Origin: a bacterium
GTDB lineage: Bacteria; RBG-13-61-14; DATKZS01
Direction: 5' to 3'
DNA length: 23,038 nt
Assembly (NCBI GenBank): GCA_046484135.1
Contig: JAWOBU010000221.1
Location: 1 to 23,038, forward strand
The notes below the pieces were generated by a model. It saw only the letters and a program-made list of their open reading frames with translations, was not told the DNA's origin and did not search any database. Both the position numbers and the translations under genes were made by a program. This document shows positions 1 to 8,164 of the stretch, in pieces (positions within the stretch are counted from its first letter, which is position 1; every line of letters starts with the position of its first letter).

Positions 1-68
1 TGCCGGATGCCCTTGGATGTGAGGTAAATCTATTGTTAATCAGATTCTTAGAAGGCGATCTGGAAGAC

Positions 69-266
69 GCGTTTAGCGCTTTCGGGCTACCAGCGGGGAA
101 AGGGAAAAGGCCGGAACAAGTCCGGCCCCCCCGCTGTTTAGCCACCAGCCTCGGCGCTCGGGTCGCACGCCTGCGTTGCCCTATCCTCCGACCTGGCTTA
201 GACAGCCTATCCCGGAGAAGGGAGGAGGTCAAGTTCCCCGCTTGCAGCCTATCAAGCGCTAAACGC
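69..266. repeat. ~198 bp structured element bounded by inverted repeats (MITE-like element or ncRNA)
   Basis: GCGTTTAGCGCTT (69-81) is the exact reverse complement of AAGCGCTAAACGC (254-266). Similarity continues inward imperfectly (GGCT..AGCGGGGAA vs TTCCCCGCT..AGCC) to ~32 bp. A nested internal hairpin spans 85-143. Confidence 0.65.
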
Positions 267-370
267 ATGTTTTTGCTCAGGTACCAATAAACCGGATGAG
301 CCAAAATTTATGTGTCAGGGCCTTTGAAAGAGGGGGGATATATTTGGGGTACCGGTTTCCAAGCCCCCCT

Positions 371-676
371 GGGATTTTTTGAGGCATTACTCTGGTGGCC
401 CATAGCTTTGGCAAGGGGGACTGATGTTGGTAAGAAGGTTTTATTTGAGGCAGTCGAGTCAAGCTCTGGGGCCTGCCTGTCGTGCTCGCGGCGCAGACAG
501 AGATGCACCTTGGCGAGGGATATCCTGCCCGGCCGGGTGCGCACTCGAACAGTGCCGACGGCACGCCCGTGATCAGCGTGGCCGCGGAAGGAGTTCAGGC
601 GGTAAGCTGCGCGAGACCTTCCTTGGCGCCTTCATCTCATGCCATGGGCCACCGGAGCCATGCCTTAAAAAATCCC
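371..676. repeat. 306 bp segment bounded by 33 bp imperfect inverted repeats
   Basis: 371-403 GGGATTTTTTGAGGCATTACTCTGGTGGCCCAT vs 644-676 ATGGGCCACCGGAGCCATGCCTTAAAAAATCCC: 29/33 complementary by manual alignment. No target-site duplication seen. Confidence 0.7.
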
Positions 677-855
677 GCGGCAGTGCCGCGCATCTTCCTC
701 TGTGGATTTATATCACCGGCCTTAAAGGCCATAATATCGGTGCAATGCTTGCGCGATATTGACGTACGAAAACAAAAAACAAGGCCTGGCCCCTATTCAT
801 TTGATGACACACAAAAGTTAACATTACCATTCAAAGCACACTTTCGCCTTTCGCC

Positions 856-885
856 TTGACACTTCCCGGCAGATGGGGGTATTCT
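856..885 (+). promoter_or_regulatory. sigma70-type promoter of the formate dehydrogenase gene
   Basis: TTGACA (856-861), 18 bp spacer, TATTCT (880-885), about 60 bp upstream of the ATG at 946. A GGAGG RBS precedes the ATG. Confidence 0.6.
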
Positions 886-890
886 GTCTG

Positions 891-904
891 TTGATTACAA
901 TCAC
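891..904. promoter_or_regulatory. FNR/CRP-family-like operator
   Basis: TTGAT-TACA-ATCAC matches TTGAT-N4-ATCAA at 9/10 positions and overlaps the predicted transcription start. Confidence 0.35.
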
Positions 905-945
905 GTCTTGCAGTTCTAAAAGCATTTCAGTTTCGGAGGATTTGT

Positions 946-3633
946 ATGGAAAAGATATCTATTAACGTGAACGGGAGAGACTACCAGGTGGACCCCGGCC
1001 AGACCGTTCTGCAGGCCTGTACCTCTTTGGGGTTCGACATCCCCAACCTGTGTTGGCATCCCCGCACCGAGGTCTACGGCGGCTGCCGGCTTTGCATAGT
1101 CGAGATCGAGGGCATGCGGGGCCTTCCCATCTCCTGCGGCACGGACGTGCGTGACGGCATGGTCATCCGGACCGACACCGAGGACGTACACCAGGTGCGG
1201 AAGATGGTGGTCGAGCTTCTGATCGCCTCGGGGGACCACAACTGCATGACCTGCGAGATGAACGGGGCCTGCACCCTGCAGCGCCTGGCTTACGAGTACG
1301 GCATCGAAAAGCCCCGCTTCGAGCTCAAAGGAGAGCCTCTGCCCATTGACGACGACAACCCCTTTATCATCCGCGACTACTCGAAGTGCATCCTGTGCGG
1401 CCGCTGCCTGCGGGTGTGCAACGAGGTGATCGGCCAGGGAGCCATCAACTTCATCAACCGGGGTTTCTCCGCCAAGGTGGCCTGCATGGAGGACGTGCCC
1501 TTAAACGAGAGTCCCTGCCAGATGTGCGGAAGCTGCGTGCAGGCCTGCCCTACCGGCGCGCTGTCTTACAAGAAGGCCCGCTTCCAGGGCCGAGTGGCGG
1601 AGACGGAGGTGGTGCAGACTACCTGTCCCTACTGCGGTTGCGGATGCCAGCTCGAGCTGCATGTAAAGGATGGCGAGGTCGTTTACGTGGACGCAGTGGA
1701 GGACGAGGGCCCGAACTACGGTACCGCCTGCGTGAAGGGCCGTTTCGGTTTCGACTTCATCTACAGTCCCGACCGTCTTACCCGGCCTCTTGTCCGCAAG
1801 GGCCAGAGCTTCGAGGAGACGGACTGGGACACTGCGCTCGACCTGGTTGCCGACAAGCTCCGGGAGATAAAACAAGAGCACGGTCCCGACTCCATCATGA
1901 TGGCCAGCTCGGCCAAGGCGACCAATGAAGAAAACTACGCCTGGATGAAGTTCATGCGGGCGGCCCTGGGAACAAACAACATTGACCACTGCGCGCGATT
2001 ATGACACAGCGCCACTGTCGCCGGTCTGGTGACAAGTTTCGGAAGCGGGGCCATGACCAACTCGATCGCGGAGATCGAGGGAGCGGATGTGATCGTGGTC
2101 TGCGGCAGCAACACCACCGAGACCCATCCCATCATCGGGTCCATCATCCGGCGGGCGGTCAACAACGGGTCCACCTTAATTGTGGTTGATCCTAGAAGGA
2201 CCGAGATCGCGAGACTCGCCCACATCCATCTCCAGCTCCGGGTGGGAACGGACATACCTGTTATCAACGCCATCATGAACGAGATCATAAGCCGGGACCT
2301 GCACAACAAGGCCTTCATCGCCGAACACACCGAAGGGTTCGACCAGATGGCGGAGAACCTGAAAAAGTATACCCCGGAGTACGCCGAGGAGATATCCGGG
2401 GTGCAGGCTTCAAATATCCGGAAGGCGGCCGAGGCATATGCCAAGGCCGGGAACGGCACGGTCTGCTACACTATGGGCATCACCCAGCACACCTGCGGCA
2501 CCGACAACGTGATGTCGCTCGCCAACCTGGTCATGCTGTGCGGCCACATCGGCAGGCCCTCCACCGGCCTGAACCCGCTTCGGGGACAGAACAACGTGCA
2601 GGGCGCCTGCGACATGGGGGCGCTCCCCAACGTGTACACCTCTTATCAGAACGTCACCGTGCCCGAGGTCCGCGACAAGTTCGAGAAGGAATGGAAGGCG
2701 TCCCTTTCCGACGAGCTCGGCCTGCCTCTTACCGTTGCGTTCGACAAGTTCGGCGAGGATGTAAAAGCGTTCCTCTGCTTCGGCGAGAACCCCGCGGTGA
2801 GCGAGCCGGACGTGGGCCACGCCAAGGCGTCCATGTCCAAGCTGGACTTTATGGTGGTCATGGACCTGTTTCTGACCGAGACCGCGCAGATGGCTGACGT
2901 GGTTCTTCCCTGCTCGACCTTTGCCGAGCTGGAAGGAACCGTCACCAACTCCGAACGCCGGGTGCTTAGGATGCGCAAGGCAGTGGACCCGCCGGGCGAG
3001 AGCAAGCCGGGCTGGTGGATCGCCACCGAGCTCGCGGGAAGGCTAGGTTACGACCTTAACTGCGGCGCGGCCGAGCAGATATGGGAGGAAGAGATACGCC
3101 GCGTATCTCCTTCCTTTGCCGGCATGCCGTGGGAGGTCTTGAACCGGCAGGGACTCCAGTGGCCCAAGCCGGACGAGGACCATCCCGGCACTCCTTACCT
3201 GCACAAAGACGGCGAGTTCAAGCGCGGCAAGGGTGCCTTCCAGGTGATAGACCATACCGAGCCGGCCGAGGTCCCGGACCGTGAGTACCCGCTGTGGCTC
3301 ACCACCGGCCGGAGGCTCCAGCAGTTCCACACCTCGACCATGACCCGTCGTTCCGGAGGAATTAACGATCTTCTTCCCGAGGACAAGGTGGAGATAAGCG
3401 AACAAGACGCGAAGAATCTCAACATCAAGGACGGTGATCCCGTCAAGCTCCGCAGCAGGCGGGGAGAGGTCAAAACCAGGGCATGGATCACCGACCGGGT
3501 AAATCCGGGCACCGTGTTCATGAGCTTCCACTTCTGGGAAGCAAACGCCAACGTGCTCACCAACGCCGCGCTGGACCCCAAAGCCCGGATTCCCGAGTAC
3601 AAAGCCTGTGCAGTGAACGTAGAGCGGGCCTGA
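946..3633 (+). CDS. fdhF: Selenocysteine-containing formate dehydrogenase alpha subunit (Mo/W-bisPGD), cytoplasmic, 895 aa with UGA=Sec at 2002-2004
   Basis: ORFs 946-2004 and 2029-3633 are in the same frame and join as [29 protein letters not shown], the FDH active-site motif. The N-terminus has a [2Fe-2S] motif, HxxxCxxCxxxxxC, two CxxCxxCxxxC motifs and the proximal CPYCGCGC...CVKG motif. LRGQNNVQGACDMG and a C-terminal IPEYKACAV are present. No Tat signal. Confidence 0.96.
2016..2034 (+). promoter_or_regulatory. Bacterial SECIS element
   Basis: Stem TGTCGCC (2016-2022)/GGTGACA (2028-2034) with a GGTCT loop. It starts 11 nt after the UGA, as in the E. coli fdhF SECIS, which also contains GGUCU. 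Confidence 0.88.
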
Positions 3634-3653
3634 AACAATAAAAGCCGTGTTGC

Positions 3654-3683
3654 AAAGGGCCGGGCGTCGTTCCGGCCTTTTTT
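3654..3683 (+). terminator. Intrinsic terminator of fdh, possibly bidirectional between convergent genes
   Basis: Stem GGCCGGG/TCCGGCC with a 6-nt loop, followed by TTTTTT and preceded by AAA. It lies 20 bp after the fdh stop. Confidence 0.8.
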
Positions 3684-3715
3684 CATTACTTTGCCGACGT
3701 GTTCTGCGGCGGCGA

Positions 3716-5059
3716 CTATGGGGATTTTTGGGAGGCAGGTTTCTTTTCTTTTCGTACAAGAAGGGATGACTCCGGCCCGCGTACTCCCCGCGCGTTTACC
3801 GACCTGGCTTGTAACCTGTTCTTTCCCGGAGACAGCTTCCATTTATAGATAAAAACGCCCCCGTAGTAGCGGGACAGGGTGTAAGAGAGCACCGGCTTGC
3901 CCGCTTCCGTGTCGAACGGCGAGTAGTAGTCTTTCCACTGTTTGCCGTCTTTTATCTCCAGGAATTTAAGGCCGGGGGTATTGGTCCGGATCATGACATT
4001 CAGAACGCCTGATTTGTCTCCGCCCAGAATGGTGAGCCGGACCTGGTTCATGGGGAAGTTGAAATGCTCCGGTGTCTTGGTAAAGAAGCTGAATACTTCC
4101 TCTCTGCCGTCCGTGAAATCGTCCCGCCAGGAGAGGTAGCTCTGGTGCCGGTTGAAAAAACTGTGCGGCCGGCTCATGTGGTCGTTTCGCAAGTCCACTG
4201 CCAGGTGATAGTAGCGCGCGATGAGCTTGTCCTTAGTAAGGTCGCCTATGTTCTTTTCCGAGTTTTCTCCGTTGCCTTTAACGAGCTTTACCTTTGCCGT
4301 GTTTTTCTTTACCGCGTCCCGGTGCAGCTCGAGGGCTGACAGGGGTATTCCTTTTTTCTCGAAGTGGCATCCGTAGAACGGGTCCAAGAGGACCCACTTG
4401 TCGAACTGGTTGGACCACACCTCCAGCGTGAAGTGGGTCATCTCCGCTTTCTTGCTTTCCGGCGCGATGTCAACGTAGCGGGCCTGCCATCCCAGCGACA
4501 GGCACGCTTGCACCATGACCACGGCGTACTGGGCGTACAACCCGCTGGTTTTGCCCGCTCGGATCATGGGCAGGATCACGTTGGCGTTCCACGGCGGATA
4601 GGGACCCGGAAAGCCGTGTTCCCACTGGCTGTTCACCCAGTCGTTTAGAAGCAACATCTTTTTGAACTCGGTTTCGCCTGGAGCCACTACCTCTTCCAGG
4701 CCCTCCCGTTCCCGGAGGTCTACAAGACCGGGATAGTTGTAGTTCTCACAGCGAAAGCGCAGGGAAAGCGGAACGATACTCCCGTTGTCTTCCGAGATCA
4801 AAGATATGCCGGAATGAAGATGGTGGGAGGCCGGTTCCGGTAACGGGACCGCCCCTTTGTTCATTGCAGACTTATCGGAACTCGTAGCTTCATCACCACT
4901 TTTTTTGCCGTCGCACTCAGCAGCCGGGAGGGAGAAAAAAAGCAGGACCAACAAAAGCACAAAAAGAAGCCTCGGTATTCTCTGCCGGTCCGAAAACATG
5001 CCTGTAAATGATAGCGCAGCCGAACACCGGCGGCAAATCATTGCACGGCCTGCTTTCAT
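3716..5059 (-). CDS. Exported transglutaminase-like (papain-fold) domain protein, catalytic Cys apparently replaced by Tyr
   Basis: Core GLYAQYAVVMVQACLSLGWQARYV...HFTLEVWSNQFDKWVLLDP follows the transglutaminase-like pattern GxCxxxA...LGxxAR...HxxxEV...WxxxDP. Hydrophobic signal-like segment LLFVLLLVLLFFSLPAAEC. ATGA overlap with the upstream gene; the true start could be the later Met (MFSDRQR). Confidence 0.8.
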   Translation of the reverse strand: MKAGRAMICRRCSAALSFTGMFSDRQRIPRLLFVLLLVLLFFSLPAAECDGKKSGDEATSSDKSAMNKGAVPLPEPASHHLHSGISLISEDNGSIVPLSLRFRCENYNYPGLVDLREREGLEEVVAPGETEFKKMLLLNDWVNSQWEHGFPGPYPPWNANVILPMIRAGKTSGLYAQYAVVMVQACLSLGWQARYVDIAPESKKAEMTHFTLEVWSNQFDKWVLLDPFYGCHFEKKGIPLSALELHRDAVKKNTAKVKLVKGNGENSEKNIGDLTKDKLIARYYHLAVDLRNDHMSRPHSFFNRHQSYLSWRDDFTDGREEVFSFFTKTPEHFNFPMNQVRLTILGGDKSGVLNVMIRTNTPGLKFLEIKDGKQWKDYYSPFDTEAGKPVLSYTLSRYYGGVFIYKWKLSPGKNRLQARSVNARGVRGPESSLLVRKEKKPASQKSP

Positions 5060-5748
5060 GGGGCTGTCCGCCCGTTCTCCGGCAGGAAGTCGGAAGAAGC
5101 GCTTTTGCTTCCGTAATAAGGGGTAAGCCCGGGAGCAACTTTTTCAATGTACTCGAACTGGCGCGGATGGGCGAAGGACAGGTGTAATCGAGAGGCCATT
5201 TCCTGCTTGGCCTTTTCGATGCTCCAGTTCTGGAAGGCGATCCTGTAGAGGGCGACCATTACCCCCGTTCGGTCCGAGCCCCCCCTACAATGGATCAAAA
5301 CCGGAAATGGAAGCCGGGCCGTGCTTCCCCCTACCCCGTAGTGCTTCCTTACCGTGTCCCCGTAGTCCTTGAACTCCACGGTGTCGCCCCGCATCACGTC
5401 GAAAAAAAACCCTACTTGGTCCTCGGTCGGCGGAACGTCGGCGTGCATCTTCAAGACCAGGATCTTTACGTCCTCCCGCCGGGCCCACTCGATCACGGAT
5501 TCCTCTTCCTTGTAGAGAAGGCTTATGATGGTGCCGAGGCCGTGTGTGTCCTTGATCAGCTCCAGGTCTCCCGGCAGGGGCTGGGCCGAGCGCAAGAGAC
5601 GGCCGGGTACCACCACATCGTAGTTCAAGAACCATGACCGGGCGAGCGCCTCCATGGCCGCCCGGTAGCCCCCGAAAAACGAGGCCGTCACCGCGGCGGA
5701 AAGCAGGATCAGAACCCACCTTCTCTTCCAGCTTTCCACTCTGCTCAT
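5056..5748 (-). CDS. Dual-specificity/tyrosine protein phosphatase family protein with N-terminal membrane anchor or signal
   Basis: P-loop VLIHCRGGSDRTG (HCX5R) and an N-terminal NYDVVVPGRLLRSAQP motif. The N-terminus is basic then hydrophobic (KRRWVLILLSAAVTASFFGG). Confidence 0.88.
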   Translation of the reverse strand: MSRVESWKRRWVLILLSAAVTASFFGGYRAAMEALARSWFLNYDVVVPGRLLRSAQPLPGDLELIKDTHGLGTIISLLYKEEESVIEWARREDVKILVLKMHADVPPTEDQVGFFFDVMRGDTVEFKDYGDTVRKHYGVGGSTARLPFPVLIHCRGGSDRTGVMVALYRIAFQNWSIEKAKQEMASRLHLSFAHPRQFEYIEKVAPGLTPYYGSKSASSDFLPENGRTAP

Positions 5749-5753
5749 TTCTT

Positions 5754-8063
5754 TTATTCCAAAGCCTTTACCTTCTGCCGACTTTCGATGTTTGACGCTG
5801 TGGGCTCTTGGGTTTGTACGAACTTGTCCTGTTCGGGCGTGTACTGGTTTGCAGGATAAGTATACAGGTATACCAGGTAGAAACGCAGTATTCTTTTTAT
5901 GTAGTTCCTGGTTTCAATGATGGGTATTTCTTCTATGAAGGCGGGGGTATCGAGCCCGAGCTTGTCGGCCCGTTTGCTCCAGGTCCTGATTCTTCCCGCT
6001 CCGGCGTTGTAAGCGCCGAGTGCTTTGGCGGTGGTTTCAAGCCATGCTTTCGGGTCGTCTCCCTTGGTGTGGAAGTTGTTCATTCTTTTGCGCAGGTAAT
6101 AGCTGCCGTACCTGATGCTTGTTTCCGGGTCATTGAGCCATTCCGTTTTAAAGCCTTTTTCTCCGAGGTTTGCGGCGATGTTCCTTCCGGTCGCGGGCAT
6201 GATCTGCATGAGCCCGACAGCTCCGGCCCATGATCTTATTTCGTCGCGGTAGGTGGACTCGGCCCGCATGAGGGACCACACCAGCATGGGGTCGAGCCGG
6301 TGTTTTTCGGTATAGGTCTCTACGTACTGCGGGAACGCCCGGGGATAAGCGAGCCGCCACGCTTTCTTCTCGCCGGGCGGCGGCACCCGGAGTCGGTGGC
6401 CGAGCTTTCGGTGGGCGATCTTCTGGCTCCGGTAGTAATCCCCGATCCTGGCGTACATGCGGGCCAGCTCCCAGGCAAGCCCTTCGGAGATGAGTCCCTT
6501 GTCTTCCACCTTGTCAAGCTGTCCGTCCGCCTCGGAAGAGAGACCGGCCCGGCAAAGCTCGATGGCCACGTAATACTCGACCGGGAGTTTTTCGGGCTTT
6601 CTTGGAATGATTTTGTTCCTGCTCTCGTAAGGCCACTTTTTGCCTTGCAACATGACGAGGTAGAAGGCGTAGGGGGACTTCCAGTACTTTTTTAAAATCT
6701 CGTCTTCCGCCTTCTCGGCCTTTTCTTTCCGGCCGGTCTTGCGCAGTGTAACTGACTTCCAGTACAGGGTCCGGGCGTTAAAGGTGGTGTCGTTTTGCTT
6801 GGCGGGAATGCGATCGAGGTAGAGAAAGGCTTTTCCGTAGTCTTTCTGAAGGTATCGAAGCCACGCTATCTGGAACATGGACTCCGGCTTCAGGGAGCTC
6901 CAGGGGTAGTCGCTCACCAGGCGGCGGTAGGCTTTCTCCGCTCCCTGCCAGTCGCGGGCCAGCTTCTTGAGCCGGGCCGCGTAGTAGAGGGCCCTGGTAA
7001 CGTAGTCGCATTTGGGATGGTTGGTCCAGATGTCCTTGTAGATGTTTATGGCCTTCTTATGTTTGCCGGCCCGCTGATGACACCTGCCGGTCAGATAGAC
7101 GAGCTCGAGGTTCTTCTCTCCGGCGAGCTTTTGCGACTTCTTGAAGTCGGCTATGGCGTTGTCAAAGCTTCTTTTGCCCATGTAGGCCCTGCCGCGGAGC
7201 TCGTAGAGGCTTACGAGCCGCTTTTGGGGCGAGTCTTTCTCCGCCTTCTTGACCACGGGCATGATCTCTTCCAGGGCCTTCTCCGGCCGGTGCCTGTCGA
7301 GCAGTTTCCTGACCCGCCGGATGCGCTCACCTTCGGTGAACACGGAGTCTTCCCCCGGCAGGAGGAACTTTTCTTTCATGCTGCCTTCCAGGAGCGCCCG
7401 CGCCTGTCCCGACCAGAAGGAAGCGGGCTGGTCCCGCCACAGGGCCACCAGTATCTCCCGCGCCTTTTGATAAGAGCCCTGTTCGGCCCGGACCCAGCCC
7501 CTGGTGTAAGAAAGCTCCGGTTGCCACGAGGTTTCTTTTTGAGAAAGGGAGTCCACGCGGGCCAGGGCAGAGGCGGTCGAGTCGGCGTCCCGGTTTCTGC
7601 GGTGGCAGCGGAGGAGCTCCATGGTTGCCCGGCCTTTAAGGTCGCCGGGAGGATCGCTTGCGATGAGCTTTTCCCACAGTTCCACTGCCTTTTTGTACTT
7701 GCCGGGGTCCTGGTAGGACCGGGCGCCGTAGTACAGGGCGTGAAAGGACAAAAGCGGTTGCAGGTTGGACGCTTTCTTGAGGTGCTTTCTTGCTTTTTCA
7801 AACTCCTGGAGCCTGTAGTTGCAATAGCCGGAAAGAAAAAAAGCCCTGCCTTTCTGCTTCTTGTCTTTAGCGTGGGAGATGGCCGAGGATGCGGCTGCGC
7901 AGGCCTTTTTGTACTCGCCGGCCCGCAGACGGGAGGAAGCCGACTCGAGCATACTCGCCGGGTCCGCTCTCTTTTTCGTGTCAGCGGCGCTCGAGGTCAG
8001 GCCGCAAACCAGCACCAGGGCGGCAACGATATATGAGATACGGGCAGACCGTGCTTTATCCAT
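5754..8063 (-). CDS. slt: Soluble lytic murein transglycosylase (GH23/SLT) with N-terminal TPR-like repeats
   Basis: C-terminal SLT motifs LMRAES, AGAVGLMQIMPATG, AYNAG and ETRNY. About 550 aa of TPR-like helical repeats and a Sec signal peptide. RBS GAAGGTG. Confidence 0.92.
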   Translation of the reverse strand: MDKARSARISYIVAALVLVCGLTSSAADTKKRADPASMLESASSRLRAGEYKKACAAASSAISHAKDKKQKGRAFFLSGYCNYRLQEFEKARKHLKKASNLQPLLSFHALYYGARSYQDPGKYKKAVELWEKLIASDPPGDLKGRATMELLRCHRRNRDADSTASALARVDSLSQKETSWQPELSYTRGWVRAEQGSYQKAREILVALWRDQPASFWSGQARALLEGSMKEKFLLPGEDSVFTEGERIRRVRKLLDRHRPEKALEEIMPVVKKAEKDSPQKRLVSLYELRGRAYMGKRSFDNAIADFKKSQKLAGEKNLELVYLTGRCHQRAGKHKKAINIYKDIWTNHPKCDYVTRALYYAARLKKLARDWQGAEKAYRRLVSDYPWSSLKPESMFQIAWLRYLQKDYGKAFLYLDRIPAKQNDTTFNARTLYWKSVTLRKTGRKEKAEKAEDEILKKYWKSPYAFYLVMLQGKKWPYESRNKIIPRKPEKLPVEYYVAIELCRAGLSSEADGQLDKVEDKGLISEGLAWELARMYARIGDYYRSQKIAHRKLGHRLRVPPPGEKKAWRLAYPRAFPQYVETYTEKHRLDPMLVWSLMRAESTYRDEIRSWAGAVGLMQIMPATGRNIAANLGEKGFKTEWLNDPETSIRYGSYYLRKRMNNFHTKGDDPKAWLETTAKALGAYNAGAGRIRTWSKRADKLGLDTPAFIEEIPIIETRNYIKRILRFYLVYLYTYPANQYTPEQDKFVQTQEPTASNIESRQKVKALE

Positions 8064-8164
8064 GTTTCACCTTCCGGGCGGTAATAATAAGAATGAAGAT
8101 ATCGTGGATTCCTGGTAAATGCCAGCATTAAGAAAAAGGGCAACCCCTGGCCCCTTTGCCTGGA

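Noticed and set aside
85..180. IscB omega-RNA/HEARO or cobalamin riboswitch resemblance (ACCAGCCT...CTGCGTT; AAGGGAA)
   Set aside because: Only short motif echoes are present. There is no downstream IscB ORF and no B12 box.
69..266. tRNA-Sec, SRP RNA, 6S RNA or integron attC site
   Set aside because: No tRNA cloverleaf or T-loop, no SRP core motif, no recognisable 6S features, and the ends do not follow RYYYAAC...GTTRRRY.
33..859. Short ORFs in the left intergenic region (33-290, 312-572, 424-762, 482-859, 308-544)
   Set aside because: They have no recognisable motifs or good RBS, overlap each other, and cross repeat elements.
946..2004. fdh as two genes or a nonsense pseudogene
   Set aside because: The TGA sits at the Sec position and has a canonical SECIS, so it is one gene.
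6795..8036. 413 aa plus-strand ORF
   Set aside because: Antisense shadow of the slt gene, typical of GC-rich coding DNA, with no motifs.
8129..8160. Possible terminator after the sulfatase (GGCAA...TTGCC followed by a T-run on the minus strand)
   Set aside because: The stem is only 5 bp with a large loop, too weak to call. Read-through into slt remains possible.
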